Positions 44,758 through 58,800 of a stretch of 64,000 nucleotides of DNA are shown here, piece by piece. The stretch comes from Blepharisma stoltei ATCC 30299 (lineage: Eukaryota; Protista; Ciliophora): assembly GCA_965603825.1 (NCBI GenBank), contig CBFDEM010000036.1:124001-188000 (forward strand), read 5' to 3'. The notes below the pieces were generated by a model. The model did no database searches and was not told the origin of the DNA. It was given only the letters and a program-made list of their open reading frames with translations. The stretch's first letter is position 1; every line of letters begins with the position of its first letter. Position numbers and translations under genes: made by a program.

Positions 44758-47700
44758 CTATTGAATCTTCTCTTTATCATTTACGCTAATGTTGCTTGAT
44801 TCTTTATCAAAATCTATAATTTGAATCTCATTCATTTCAAGGCTATTTGATGCAAGCGAAACTTCAATATGACTTATATCTAATCTTGAATTATCACTTT
44901 TAAAACTATTTTCTACTGAGTAATTTTCCACTTTTTTTGATTTTTCGAAGCTTTTAAATTTTTTAATTATTGATTGAGAAATCGATTTGAGGATGCAAAA
45001 CAATCAATAAATTAAAAAATAACAATTTGCTGCTACAATAATTGCAAAGAAAAAGTATCCAGCTTCATCATTTAAAGATCCCATTAAATAGTAAAGTCCA
45101 CTTCATATAGTGACTGCACACACTAGTCTTGCCCTTAATTCCATCTGATTTAAATTAGGCTCAGTATAAGGGTTATTTGAGTATTGGAGTCTTAAATATA
45201 TTGAATATAAAATAGCCACAATTATTGCTTGAATCTTTAAAGATACTCTTGCTAAAAAAACTGAACAGCAAATAAGAATAATTTTACTATACAGAATAAT
45301 AAATTCCCAAAAATAGTGATTATCTCTGTATCCATTGAATAGAAATCCATATCTTATACGCACATTTAAATCTCCAAGTCTGCTTTTATTTCTAATAATA
45401 TTCACTAAACAAACCGTCGGCAAAATAATTCCTCATAAAATAATGGTTGGCAATGAAATGGTCATCACATAAAATATATGATCATAATCTCAGCATCTAA
45501 TATCAAGATTATCTTCCAATCAATATTCACCAGGATTAATTTCTGTGCAATTCATAGACGCAAACATTTTTCTCACTACACTTGGATGAACTAAAAACAA
45601 TAAAATAATACAGGTCGATACAAAATCATCCCAAAACGATTTATATGAAGTTTTGATTAGTTTTATAATAATCCAAAAAAATAAATTCAAAACTATCATA
45701 ATAGCTGGAATTAAGGCGACCATAATAATAATTTTGAAATAAACTAAATTACTGTTTTCATTTGTTCCAAATAGACATTGGCATGAGTAAATTTGCTGGT
45801 ATACATAATCTGCATTATTTTGAATATTAAAAAGGCTTAAAACTTCAGATGATCAGTTAAGCTTAAAAGTAGACACTAAAATGATCATTTGAAAATAATT
45901 CAAAAATATTTTTATGAAAATAGAAGTTTGTGACTTTGGCTTTAGAGCTGATTTTCTTGTTGTTTTTATTATAATCGTCAATAAAATCAGCAATCCTATT
46001 GCTACTCCTATTACCATTAATATGTTGTTTAGATACTCTGGGCATTTTTCACATTTATTGCTTGAAGTATAGGAAAATCCTGCTTTGCAAGATTGACATT
46101 TATTTCCCTTGTAGGCTTTGCTGCATTCTCCTGTATAAGAAATATTGTTTATATTAGGTGAACCTAAACAAGATGAGGGGTGCGGGCATTTTCAAAATTT
46201 ATCGGTATGCATATTATCTCTCCAATATCCAGGACGTGGAACCATTGTATAATTTCCATAGCATTCAGCAGCATCAGGGCAAGAAAGGCAAGAAATCGTG
46301 TTTGGATTTAAACTATAAAACCCTTTAGGGCATATTTGACATTTTTTCCCAGATTTTACCTCTCCAATTTTGCATTTTCTCATATTCACATTTAATATTA
46401 AACTTTGACTGTAAAAGCTTTGACCTGAAGATTTTATTTTTGAAATATCAATTGCAGGAGAGGTAACCATTATTTGGATATTTGATCCAGGCTCATCAGA
46501 AATAACAAATTCTGAGAAGTTAAATATTCCTTTTGATGCAGTCACTTTGGTTTTTCCTGAAATTTGGGTTGTCAATTCAGTAGGTTTGAGAGTTGCCTCA
46601 CTCACATTGTCAGTGGTTATAATATTATTTAAATCATCAACCAAGGCGATTAGAAGTTGATTTTTAATAGTTTGCCCAGATGCAATTTCTGTTAAATTTA
46701 GGCTTGAAACTGGGTCTGATAATAATCTTTTGCTATTAAAATCTGCTAAACTGCTATCTGCCTTTACTTGCATTAGCTTAATTGGGTATGAAGCTATATC
46801 TATTCCATATTGAGCTATATTATTTTGGTATTTATTGTTGAAAAGTGAAGGAATTTGATTATCCCAACTAATACCTCCTCCATCATACTCTGCGAAATTT
46901 TCAATGAAGTTGTTTGAATTAATATTAAATTCACATTTTTTTGCATCAAAACAGTTCATATTGATTCCACCTCCAATCCCACTATCAATTTTTCTATTTT
47001 TTAGGTCTTGACCTGAAATAGCTCTATTCTGCTTAAAATTAGTAAAGAATATATTCAAATTTGCATTATTGGAGTATATTGCTCCTCCATTTCTTGCAAA
47101 ATTATTTAAAAATTCGCTTGAAGTCACATTAACTTCGCAACTGATATCCTTGGTGGATTTTAAAAATAAAGCTCCCCCATATGAAGACGCGGAGTTATTT
47201 ACAAAATTTGATGATTTTATTTCTATATTTTTGCAAGAATCACAATAAAGGGCACCTCCATAATCTCCAGAGCCATTGCTTAGTGAAGAATTTACAATTT
47301 CTAGCTTTTTTATTTGGCTTCCATATATTCCTGTAAGATAGAATTTATTAAAAATTGAATTTTCAATAAATAATTGAACTTGATTTACATTTATAACTCC
47401 ACCTTCAATTGGACTCTCTATATCATCAAACCTCGAATTATTTATGGATATATAGCTATCAAAAGAAGCATAAATTGCACCACCACTAGGAGATGATAAT
47501 TTGTTAAAAAATGAATCATTGATTAATAATGTGCTTGAACTTGCATAAATTGCCCCTCCTCTTTCATTTGATTTTCCATTATAAAAGGTTGAGTTAGTTA
47601 CAAGTGCGTTGCTTTCAGCTAATAAATATATAAAATTTCCTGAATTACTTCTTTGATTTTCGAATTTTGAATCATATATTTCTGCACTTGAAAATGTTAG

Positions 47701-50700
47701 TGACAATCCTGGACTGTATCCACCAGCTGAATTATTGCTAAAAATAGATGATAAAATCAATATTTTTGAGCTGATCAAACTAATCACACCTGTATTTGAT
47801 GCATAATTATTTGAAAATTGGGATAAAATTAGAGAGGAAGCTATCAAATTGCAATTAAAAGCATAAATTGCAGACCCTTCTTTTTCACATGAATTTTTTT
47901 TAAATGTTGAGTTTAGTATAAAGAATCGAGACTCTTGCTCTGCATCTAACACTCCACCTTTTATTTTTGCCTTATTTTGAATAAATGAGCAATTATTGCA
48001 GTTAAAGATTGATTTCGAACTAATTGCTATGACTCCTCCATATTCCTGACCTGTATTATTTAAAAACTGCGATGAGTTTGCGTACAAAATAGCAGAGTTT
48101 TGAAGGTAAAAACAAGATCCATAGGGAGCAGAATTAAACTGAAAAACAGATCCATTGTCTACAAAATAATCAAAGTTCAAAGAAACAACTCTTGCATTGT
48201 TGTATTCAAAAACAGAGTTCTTAGTCTCAATGCTAGAATTTTTATTCTGACTGTATGTATATATAACTGAGTTTCCAGTATTTTTTCTGAAAATAGAGAG
48301 ATCAATGTATATTTTTGAACGCATATCTTGCTTGTCTTCTGCTATATCAATTGCGAAGACGGCTGCCAAATATGAAGAATTTTCTATAAATTCGCAGGAT
48401 ATAAATGATAAAATTCCGCTGTTGAAATATAAAAAAATAACTCCTGATTTTTTAGAGGTATTTTTATTGAAATTAGAAGCTAATATAATTGAGTCTTTAG
48501 AAAGTACTACGGAGTTATCGATATATAAAGCTGCTCCATTATTGGCATAATTTCCTATAAAATCTGATTGTGAAATTTTTATATCAATACTTTTTGACAG
48601 CCTTGAGTTTTGAATCAAAAAAATTGCACCTCCGTCAGAAGCAGCTGAATTCCTTATAAAATAACTTGAGTTTATAATAAATGACGATTCTTCATTAGTT
48701 TGGAACAGAGAAATAAAATATAAGGCACCACCATTCCCAAGCCTTGATTCATTTGAATCAAAAATTGAAGACTCAATAGAAATACTTATTCCTGAAAAGT
48801 AAACTGCAGAAGATAAACTTGCTGAGTTATTAACGAATGAGCAATTTGTTATATATAAAATATTTTCACTCTCTAGTTTTAGTGCCCCATACCCACCAGA
48901 AATGTAGTTGTTTCTATTCCCAATTAATTCTAAATTAGTTAAATTTCTATCATAAGATCCTGTCAAATAAAAACAGACTGGAGATAGTCCATTTCCAACG
49001 TTTTCAGAACATCTCAGAGAATTTAAACTATTGGAATTTGAATTATCAATTATAAAAGTAGGTGATGAATTTCTGCAGGTATTTTTTGAAATATTGACAC
49101 CTTCGATATATAAATTAACTAATTTCGACAGACTCACTATAAATTCACAATCTACAGCTTTTGCATCATATTTTTCTTTACTTATATACAAGTCTCAAGC
49201 ATCCCTATTTTCAATAAAATATTTAAGAACTAGAGAATTGACATTTGCATCTTCATATGGAGATCCATTAGAATGTATATTTAAGTTTTTCAAGTCAAAA
49301 TTAACCATATTAATCGCAGTGATCATTCCCATAGCATGGTTGGTTTTAAAAGAAATATCAATAAATTTGCATCATCTTGGGACTGAAACGACATTAATGG
49401 ATCTTAAATTCTTTAAAACCAAATTTTGGATTGTTTTGGTTTTATAATAATCTAATATGGCTGAGTTGTATATATAAATTATGGAATTACTTTCTGCTCC
49501 ATTAGATTCAAAGGTCAAATTGCTTAGTTGAACATTTAGAAGTAAGCCAAGAAACTCTATACGAATTAATCCGGATTTTCCATAATTTGATATAAAATGG
49601 GTGTTCTGAATGGATATATGAGAAATTGTCAAGTAAGTCAAATAATAAGTTTCATTTAAACTATAATCATAGCTTCCTATATTTAATTCGCTGTAAAAAA
49701 TTCCAGTTTCACAATAATTATACATAAAAGTGCAGTTATCCATTTCAAACTTTGTCATATTATTAAGATATATTAGTGAGCCACTAGAAAGAGAGCTTTG
49801 AGACTTTAAATAGACCAAATTATATTTAAAATCCACATTTTTTATAGTAAAAGTCGAGTAAAATTCAGAATACAAAAATCCCCGAAAATCAAGTGAGTCT
49901 CCAAACTCAAATCCATTATTTAGCCTAGTCACAGAGCCTCATTTATAAGTAAATTTTCCATAGGGATGCACAACTGCATTTTTTTCTTTCCCACTTAACC
50001 ATATATTATCAAAATTTACATTAAATAACTCAATTGTTCCATTACCAGATATAATAGAGTCATAATTGAATCTAAAATTTCTAATATCAACATTTATTAG
50101 TGTCAACGTAGTTATAGCATAAAATAGGCTAAGACTCTTAGAATTGTTAATTTGGCAGCTATCTGTAAATATACTTTGTGATATGCGCTGATTTCTATCA
50201 TTATAGTAATACCCATCGCTTTCATCATAAAAACTATACGCACAATAATCGCAGTATATAGAACTACACCCATTAAGGTGTCCAGACCCTTCGAAAATTA
50301 CATTTTCAAACTTGACATAAGAGGTCAAAGGGCATGAAAAAAGCGATCATCCATTTATTTCTATCAAAATCTGATTTTCATCATATGAGGCGATTATAGC
50401 AGAGGAGTTTATTCAGAAAGAATCACAGTTAGTTAAAGTATAATTTCCATCATTATATAAATAAAAAAAGAGCGTTTGATGCCTTCAAAGGTCAAAGATA
50501 TTTTCACTTTTTTTGAGATCTCCATATTTTGGCAGTTTAGACTGTAATGCATGATCAAGTGTTTCAAAAGGATAAATCAAAGTTCCATTTCCTGATGGGT
50601 AAGGCCCCTTCTGATTTGAAGTCACATAATAAAACTGAAAGTCTCCATGCTTTAAAGATTTTCAATAATTGAAGTAAGCTACTTGAAATCCACCTATGCT

Positions 50701-51930
50701 CAAAGATGAAAAATAGCGGTAAGTGGATTTGCTTATATCTATGTCACAGCCATCAATTGTACAACGAGAGCAAAGTGTTGTAGTAGAAAGATCACCACAA
50801 TCAATTCCAAATGAGAAGCATAGGCCATAATTGCATGCCTTACTATTGCATTCAGGATAGCATGCTGCATGATCTAAAGACATCGTTAGATTGCATTTAT
50901 TAGATGATGCGACTGAGCAATTGTCAAAAGAAACGATGCTATTTGAGTTATCAGCAAAAATTTGCTGATAAACAGTATACTTTATTAAATCTTCATCATA
51001 GCATCATTTGCTAGGATCACTGCTTACTCTATCATACATGCAATCGCTTACCAAACACGATGGTTTGCATTTTCCATAATCATCTGAACTACAATGCAAT
51101 GAGCATCTACAAGCAAAGTAGTCATATTTGCAGCGATAAGTATTGCAAACTTCATCACATACATCGTTTCGAAGCATATCTAAATAGCACCCGCTCTCAC
51201 AAAACCCGCATTTTCCATTATCAAACTCACATTCATAGTTATTGCAGACCTCATCACATATATTATTTTGCAATAACTCTAAATTGCATCCAGGAGAGCA
51301 ATCACAGTCAAAATTATCATAATTGCATTCTTTCACGTGACAAGTTTCATCACAAATGGAGTTTCCAATCATTCACAAGTAGCAGCCTGGTGCACAAGTG
51401 ACATTGAAGCAGTCTCCATTATCATAATTACATTCTGAGTTATTACATTCGTCATTGCAAGTCCCATCTCCTCAAATAGTCAAATTACAGCCTACAGCGC
51501 ATTCTAAGCAAGCTCCCATATCATAATAGCAAGAAGTTGTATTACATTTAGGGTCACACTCATTTCCTAATTGAGATTTTTGGCCTATATATAAATTACA
51601 TGATTGAGCGCAGTACCCACAATCTGAGAACTCAAGCCCGCAAATTGGTTTATTGCATAAACCATCGCAGACACCATTCCCAAGATTGCTCAGTTTACAA
51701 TAAGAATTTAGGAAGTAGCATTGTGAAAGACAGTCTGAGTTTTCAGCTGTAGTTGAGATATTATAAAGGCCTCCAGTATCATAATTGCAAAAAGGATTCA
51801 TGCAGTCAGGATTGCATATGCCATCACCTCTCTGATTAGGAATTACGACTGATGGAGGGCATTTGTTGGGATTGCAAAGCATATCTATGCTAGAAACAGT
51901 TGTTCAAAAGATTAGAGAAACCCAGTGCAT
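44758..51930 (-). CDS. Family B receptor copy B4 (most divergent), ~2385 aa
   Basis: ATG 51930 (MHWVSLIFWTTVSS), TAG 44758-44760. All fragments are in one frame. Confidence 0.92.
51832..51846 (-). other. 15-nt intron GTAATTCCTAATCAG in B4
   Basis: Identical to the B1 and B2 introns, same position. Confidence 0.8.
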
Positions 51931-52174
51931 AATTTTCTTAAAAATAATAGCAATCAAGAGATTACAATTAACCTAAAAAGATTTAATCAAAAGTTCTATT
52001 TATATTTTTGAAATAATTTGAATAAATTCACAATTGTTTTCTCTATCTACGCTGTGAATAATTTTATTACAAATTAAAAGAAAAATCAGGAAAGAATTAA
52101 TTGATATTCTTATCTGAGGCACATTGTATTATTTTTAATTAGAATTATTTTTACCTCTCATCCTATTTGAATAT

Positions 52175-54493
52175 TTATTGGAACTTAGAGCCATAAATGT
52201 CTGAGTTATGGTTGAATTCTTTATGCAAATCTAATGATAACTGTATATAATGTCTTGACTCTTCCCATCTTTGCTCTTTAAAATATAGAGCTCCAAGCAA
52301 GTTATATATAGCTAGTTTTGAAAATCGATCATTGCATCTCTTGGTGCTAACAACCTCTTCAGCGTATTTTAAAATTTTTTCTGCCTTTGGAAAAGTATTG
52401 AATAAATTAATATAAATTTTGGCAAGCTCAATATAGTCACTGATGCAATCTAGGTCATTGATTTTTATATTTTTTTGAGGACATAATAAAATTTTGTCTA
52501 TGATCAATAATATTTCCGCTTCACCCAGATATTTTTCTGCTTGCTCAATTTTATTATAAGCTATATACAGCTCTGCCAGTTTAATTAAGTAATAAGGTCT
52601 TCTAAATTTTAAATATTCACAATTTATTAATATTTCGTTTATCTTCGACAATATAATTTCACATTTTTCATATTGAAAAATTCAATAAAAATAATCAAAA
52701 ACAAAATTCGAAGACTTAAAAAATATATCAATTTGATTTGCATCATAGTAATCAATAAATTTAATCGCTTCAGCAAAATATATAGCGTATTTATCTCAGC
52801 CAATTAAATAGCACAATTCTCCAATATATGCATTGACAATAAATAATTCACTTTTATAAATTTCTTCGAAATAAAGCATTTGCTCTTGTACTCAGATTAG
52901 GCACTCAATTGCTCTCTCATAATTAAACATTCAAAAATAAGCGATCCCTATAGAAAATTTAAGGAATAATAGCTCATGTCCTAATGAATTATTTGCTGCG
53001 TATTCAAAGCACATCAAAGCATCCTTATATCATTGACTATTTAAATAAAATACTCCCATGGCTTTATATATTTCTTTTACTTTGGGATCGCCGGAAGACA
53101 AAATACCAATCAAGGAATTAGCATTATGAAAATATATGTGAGCTCTTTTAAAATCCCCTTTTAATGTATAAATTTTTCCTAAATATAAGTACAAACCTGA
53201 TAGTTCATCAGAGCTGTTAAATTCATTTTGCTTGGATAATTTTATGCACATTCATATCTTTTTAATAGCTTTCTCATAACTATTTAAAAGATAATCAATC
53301 TCTGCAATAGTTGCGTAAAATTTAAATTTATTCTTATTCAAGAAATTTACTTCTTCTTTTTCTATGATTTCAAGAATTTTTTTCACTTTTTTTGTTTTAT
53401 TTAGGGACTTATATGTCATTGCCAAACCACGATAAGGATCAAATAAAAGTTTTGAAAATTCACTTTTCTTCAGTTCTTTATGATAATTGATAGATTTCAT
53501 GAAATATATTTTTGCTTTATTGTAGTTTTTATTATTATAATGCAATCAGCCTAGTTCTTGATTGAGGATTATTGCATCATATTTATAGCCAAAGTTTCAG
53601 CAAAAGTTTTTTACTCTGAGAAGAAAATTAAAGAGGCAACTATTTTTACTTTCATTTCTAAATATTGCTGAAAGTATTCGGATCAAAGAATTCTTTAAGG
53701 TTGACTCACTTGTTTGATATGAACTAATATCTAATGCTTCTCATTGCTCCAAGAGTTTATTATAATCCTCTTTCTTTATAAATTTTTTAAGAATATTACA
53801 AAATTCCTCACAAATAGATAAAGTTTTTTCAATTAAAGGATGATAATACAATTCTTTATAGCTTAGCAAACTTTGAATTAATTCATAAGCCATCTCATAT
53901 TCAGAAATTTGAATAAAATTGGAAAATAAAATATAGCAAAAACTTGATATATGAGACTTATAATAGCTTGTCTTGTGTTCAAATCCATGAATGTATCTTT
54001 GATCCTCAAATTTAAAATAATTGAAATCAAATACATAGGTTTTAAATGATTTATAAAAATGTATCAAATCTTCTGAATATCTAAAATTATTTACGTATTT
54101 CTTTGCTTTGCAAGGTGGCTCGATTAAAAAATACTCAAAAGGACTCAAAATTAATTTTGTAGAAACGAATTGCTTTCTTGCTAAGAGCAATAAGATTCTA
54201 TTACAGTAATTATAGGCTTCAGTTATTGTTTTTAATCTAGAAATGTATTCTTCTGAATCGCTTTGATTTTTTGGATTAATTAAATCATTAGAATAAAAGG
54301 TAAATTTCTCCCTTACAGCGAGTATAAAATTGATCAAAATTTCTTTTGATTTATTGTTGACTGAAATCTTTATACGCTCGAGTTCGAAACCTTGACTTTT
54401 GTAATAAAAATAATGCTTTGGGCAAGCAAAGTGGCCGCAGCTTGATATGAAGATTGCATCAAAAGAATCCAGAGAGCAGCTAACTTTATTCAT
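52175..54493 (-). CDS. Family T copy T3, intact, ~772 aa TPR-like protein
   Basis: Four ORF pieces in one frame. I translated the gaps and found only TGA. Colinear with T1 and T2. Confidence 0.9.
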
Positions 54494-54770
54494 AATTATT
54501 TATATTTTTATTTATATATTGAACCTTAATAAAATTAATTTTATTATTAATTCGTTTTGGATTTATTGAATTTCTAGTCATAAAGTTCCAATACTCCATC
54601 AATATCAAATAATCTTTAATTAAGATCTTTTACTGCATTTGATTTATGATTAAATTTTTATTGCAAATCTAATGATAGCTGACTGTAGAGTTTTAACGCT
54701 TCCCATTTTGGTCTTTAAAATATAGAGCTCCAAGACAATAGCATATAGAGAGTATTTGTTCAATAAACAG

Positions 54771-55022
54771 TATCAAGCAAGGTCGCATAAGATAGTCTGC
54801 CACTCAAAACTTGATCCTAGAAGATAAAGAGGAGGTATAGGAGGAAGAGCTGACATCAGGGTCCGAATGAGGGGCAAGGTGGTATCTGAGCTAAGTTGCA
54901 GGCGCAGTCATCTCAACCGAGTTCAATGGTGACGTCACAAAGCACTAAAATCCCCTGCTGTGATCCGTGGTGATTACTCAAACAAGACAGCTTCTATTAT
55001 TTGATTAAGGCTAAGGATATCA
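54771..55022. mobile_element. ~247-bp GC-richer insertion, probably bounded by a TATCA direct repeat
   Basis: Interrupts T homology between ...LND and ...YCLGALY. TATCA at 54771-54775 and 55018-55022. The left boundary is less certain. Confidence 0.55.
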
Positions 55023-55158
55023 TTGAGTCCCTTGATATTAACAACCTTTTCAGAGTATTTTAAATTTTTTTCGGACATTTCCCATCAAAAGTATTGAATA
55101 AACTAATATAAATTTTCATTATAATTACTAATGCAATCTAGCTCATTGAGTTTTATAG

Positions 55159-55489
55159 TTTTTGAGATTAATTAAGATGAAGTTATGCGTGGTGACTGAT
55201 GGAGACTCACCCATTAGTTTGACGCGAAAATGTTTTTTACCCAAGCAGGATTTGATGCATGAAGGAACTAGCTTTATTTCCTTCATGATCTGACTTAATC
55301 ATTCTCAGGCTAAATAAAGCTTCAGAAGTATGAGAGCTTTTCGCCTTCAATCTTTTATCTGTGGGCCAAGAAAAGTGTATAATTGATTAATTAAACCATC
55401 GCTATTTGGTCATTTTACACTGGCCCTGATTAACTCTAAGGCACCAAAACTTATATCCACTCACGATTTAATAATTCCCTTTTTGAGAT
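55159..55489. mobile_element. 321-bp insertion bounded by the 10-bp direct repeat TTTTTGAGAT
   Basis: Repeats at 55159-55168 and 55480-55489. Removal rejoins ...SKTIKLNELDC, comparable to T1 SKKSIKINDLDC. Confidence 0.8.
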
Positions 55490-55827
55490 AAAATAAAATT
55501 TAGTCTGCATTTCAATAACTTTTCAGCTTCGCCAAATATTTTCTGTTTCTTTGTTTAACTGTAAGTTATATGCAGCTCTACTAATTGAATAAAATATAAA
55601 GGCATTCTAAACTTTAAATGAGCTCATATTCTAATTATTTTTATGCTCTTCTTTAAATTAGAATATAAATCTTATACTCATATTTATTTTTCAAACTTTT
55701 TATTTTCAATTAATTTAGATATTTAAATAATAATAAATCATTAACTATTGACGATAAAATTACCTAAAGTACTTTAGTGATGAATATAGCATTTTTTATA
55801 TAAAAATAAAATTATTACTATACTTTT

Positions 55828-58800
55828 TTAACCATGAACTGATTCGTTCTCTGAAGCAAAAGGATCTAATTCCATGGAAACCATTGCACCATCCCTTAAC
55901 TCAGATAAATATCCAACACTTGAAATGTTCATAGATGTCATGAGCTTGTGATCTTGATCAATTACACTTCTATAATCTAAGTCTTCTCTGACCTGATATT
56001 TTTTATCTTTATCAATGTGCAAAACTTTTGCTAAAATCATGATGCACTTTTTAAATATAGAAATTTGCATTAAAAGCAGTCCTGATATATATATGATAAA
56101 TAGGAAGTTAAAAAGCAATAAAAGAATAAGTAAAATAATATTCCCAAAACAATCTAAATCATCAGTTATAAAGAAGAGACCAGCTATAATTGTTATAAGA
56201 GCAGAGGCTATAGAAAATATTTCTACTTTATTGATTTGAGTTTCACAATAAGGGTGATTTTTAGCTTGAGTGTGGAGAAATATAGCAAGCATTAGAGCTA
56301 CTGTAAGTGCTTGAATATTTGTTGAAAGATTTGAGAAAAACACTGAAAGTATAATCAAAATAACTTTTCAATATAAGATTAAGAACTCCCAATAATAATA
56401 CTTTGAGTTATACCCATTAAATAAAAATCCAAATCTCAATTTTACTGATATATCTTCTAACTTGTTTCTATTTTTTACTAATTTTATAAGACAGAGTGCA
56501 GGAACTGCAATTACCCAAATATTTATTGTAGGCAATGCGAATAAAAGCACATAAAACAAATGATTATAGTCCCAACATCTAATTCCAAGGTCTGCATATA
56601 ATCAATATTCTCCACTATTTATTTCTTTGCAACTAAAAATACTGAACATTGTATTAGTAATACTTGGGTGAATTAAAAATAAGATTACTGCAAATGTCGA
56701 AAGGTAATCGTCTTTAAGCTCTCTTAGATTCTTCCTTTTTATTGCATAAATTATTAATCATAAAAGCAGGCAAATGAACGCAAGAGAAAATGGAGTTAAG
56801 CTGGTAATCAATATTTTGTAATAATAAATATCACTTTTTGAATATAATTTTTGTAAAAAACAATCAACAAAAAATAATTGTGCTCCTATATAGTCCATGC
56901 AAGTCTGAATATAAAATAATTGAACTGCTTCATAAGGCCAATTTAAGCTAAAAGTAGCTATAATGATCATGATCTGCAAATAATTCCAAAAAATTTTTAT
57001 ATAAATAGATGACAAAGATGCTTGCTCGAAAGCAGATTTCCTTGAAGTTTTTATTATAACTATCACCATAAAAACAAGCAAACTAAAAATTCCGGAAAGC
57101 CTAAAAACATTACTGACAATGCTAGGACATTCTTGGCATTCATTTTTATATAATCTTGAATATCCTTCCTGACATGAGTGGCACATGTTATTTTCATATC
57201 CTTTTGCACATTTTCCGGTAAAGGATAAGTTTAAAATATCTGGAGACCCTAAGCAAGCTGGTGGGTATGGGCATTTCCAAAAATGATCTGTAAATTTATT
57301 GTCCCTCCAATACCCATGCTTCGGGGCTATTGTATAGTTTCCATAGCAATTTGCAGAAGATGGGCAACTTAAGCACTTAGAATTTTTAATATCAATATTA
57401 TAGTAATTTTCAAGGCAGCTTTCACACTCAAGACCGACAGTAGCCTCACCAATCTCACACAGCCTCAAGTTGACATATATAGGCAATCTTGATGACATTT
57501 GTATCGGATAAGAAGATTTACTCATTTTTGAATCGTCTATCGCTGAAGAAATAACAGACATTTCAAGAGAAGATCCTGGTTTTGCTGTAATAATATACTC
57601 ATTAAAATGAAATATTCCGTTAACTGCATTTGCAATTGATGTCCCAGAAATAATTAAATCATCACTTGAAGATAGAAGCTGGGCCTGACTCGAGCAATCT
57701 GTTGTAATTATTTGCGAAATATCATCAATCAAAGCAAAAGTTAATGGCGGATTTTTATTTTGTCCAGATGCAATATCATTAAGAATTAAATCTAAATTTC
57801 TCCGATATTGAAGAACTCTTTGGTTTGTGCCATTTAGGAACACCATCATAGCTGGAAATGAGGCTATATCATTTCCATATAGAGCTGAATTATTTCAAAA
57901 ATTATTATTTTCCAATATTGGTTTTGAGTTATCCCAGCTAATAGCTCCTCCTTTATAAACAGCCAAATTATTACTAAAGTTGTTTCAGGAAATATCAAAG
58001 TAGCAAGGAATTTCTGAATCCACACAACTAACTTTTATAGCTCCTCCAATACCATCAGTTATTTCTTGAATCGTTTTTGTCTCCCAATCTTCAGCATAAT
58101 TTTTATCAAATCTTGATGAAAAAATATTCAAATTTATATTATTTGTCCAAATAGCCCCTCCATTCCCAGCCATATTTGAAATAAATGAAGAGGAATTTAT
58201 ATTGCATTGAGAAGAATTAAGATGATCAGCTTGATTTTCTAGATAAATTGCTCCACCTTTTTGAGCGACATTATTAGAAAACTCAGATGAAATAATAGAA
58301 ATATTATTGCATTCCGAACAATATAATGCTGCTCCAACAGCACTATAACCGTTTAAAAAATAAGATGACTCAGATGATAAATTTATTCGAGAGCCATAAA
58401 TACAAGAACTTGAATAATTTGTAAAAGATGTATTTGTTATGTTGACGAAGCTTGAATATGAGTCGATTGATGAACTTGTATTTATAAATATTGAATCTTT
58501 TAGAGTAAGATTGCTACTTTCATACAAATAAATTGAGCCTCCTGAGCTATTTGAAAAAAGATTTAAAAATGTTGATGAAAAAATTTTGAGAACGCTAGAG
58601 GTTGCGTGCAAAGCAGTTCCAGAGCTGCTAGAAAATCCATCATGAAAGCTTGAATTTATGATCTTTGCAAAGCTGGAGCTTAGTAAAATAGAGCATCCTT
58701 CATTTCCATTTTGATTAAAAAAGGAAGTATTCGTAATTAAAGCTATTGAGTTTTCTAGATGAATTCCTGGATTTTTTTGGCTAACTGAGTTATTAGAGAT

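Larger units (their letters stand above)
54576..55622 (-). pseudogene. 3' relic of a family T gene interrupted by two insertions
   Basis: HLKFRMPLYFIQ, LNELDCISNY, YCLGALYFKDQ and IDGVLELYD* match the T1/T3 C-terminus. Multiple stops and frameshifts. Confidence 0.82.
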
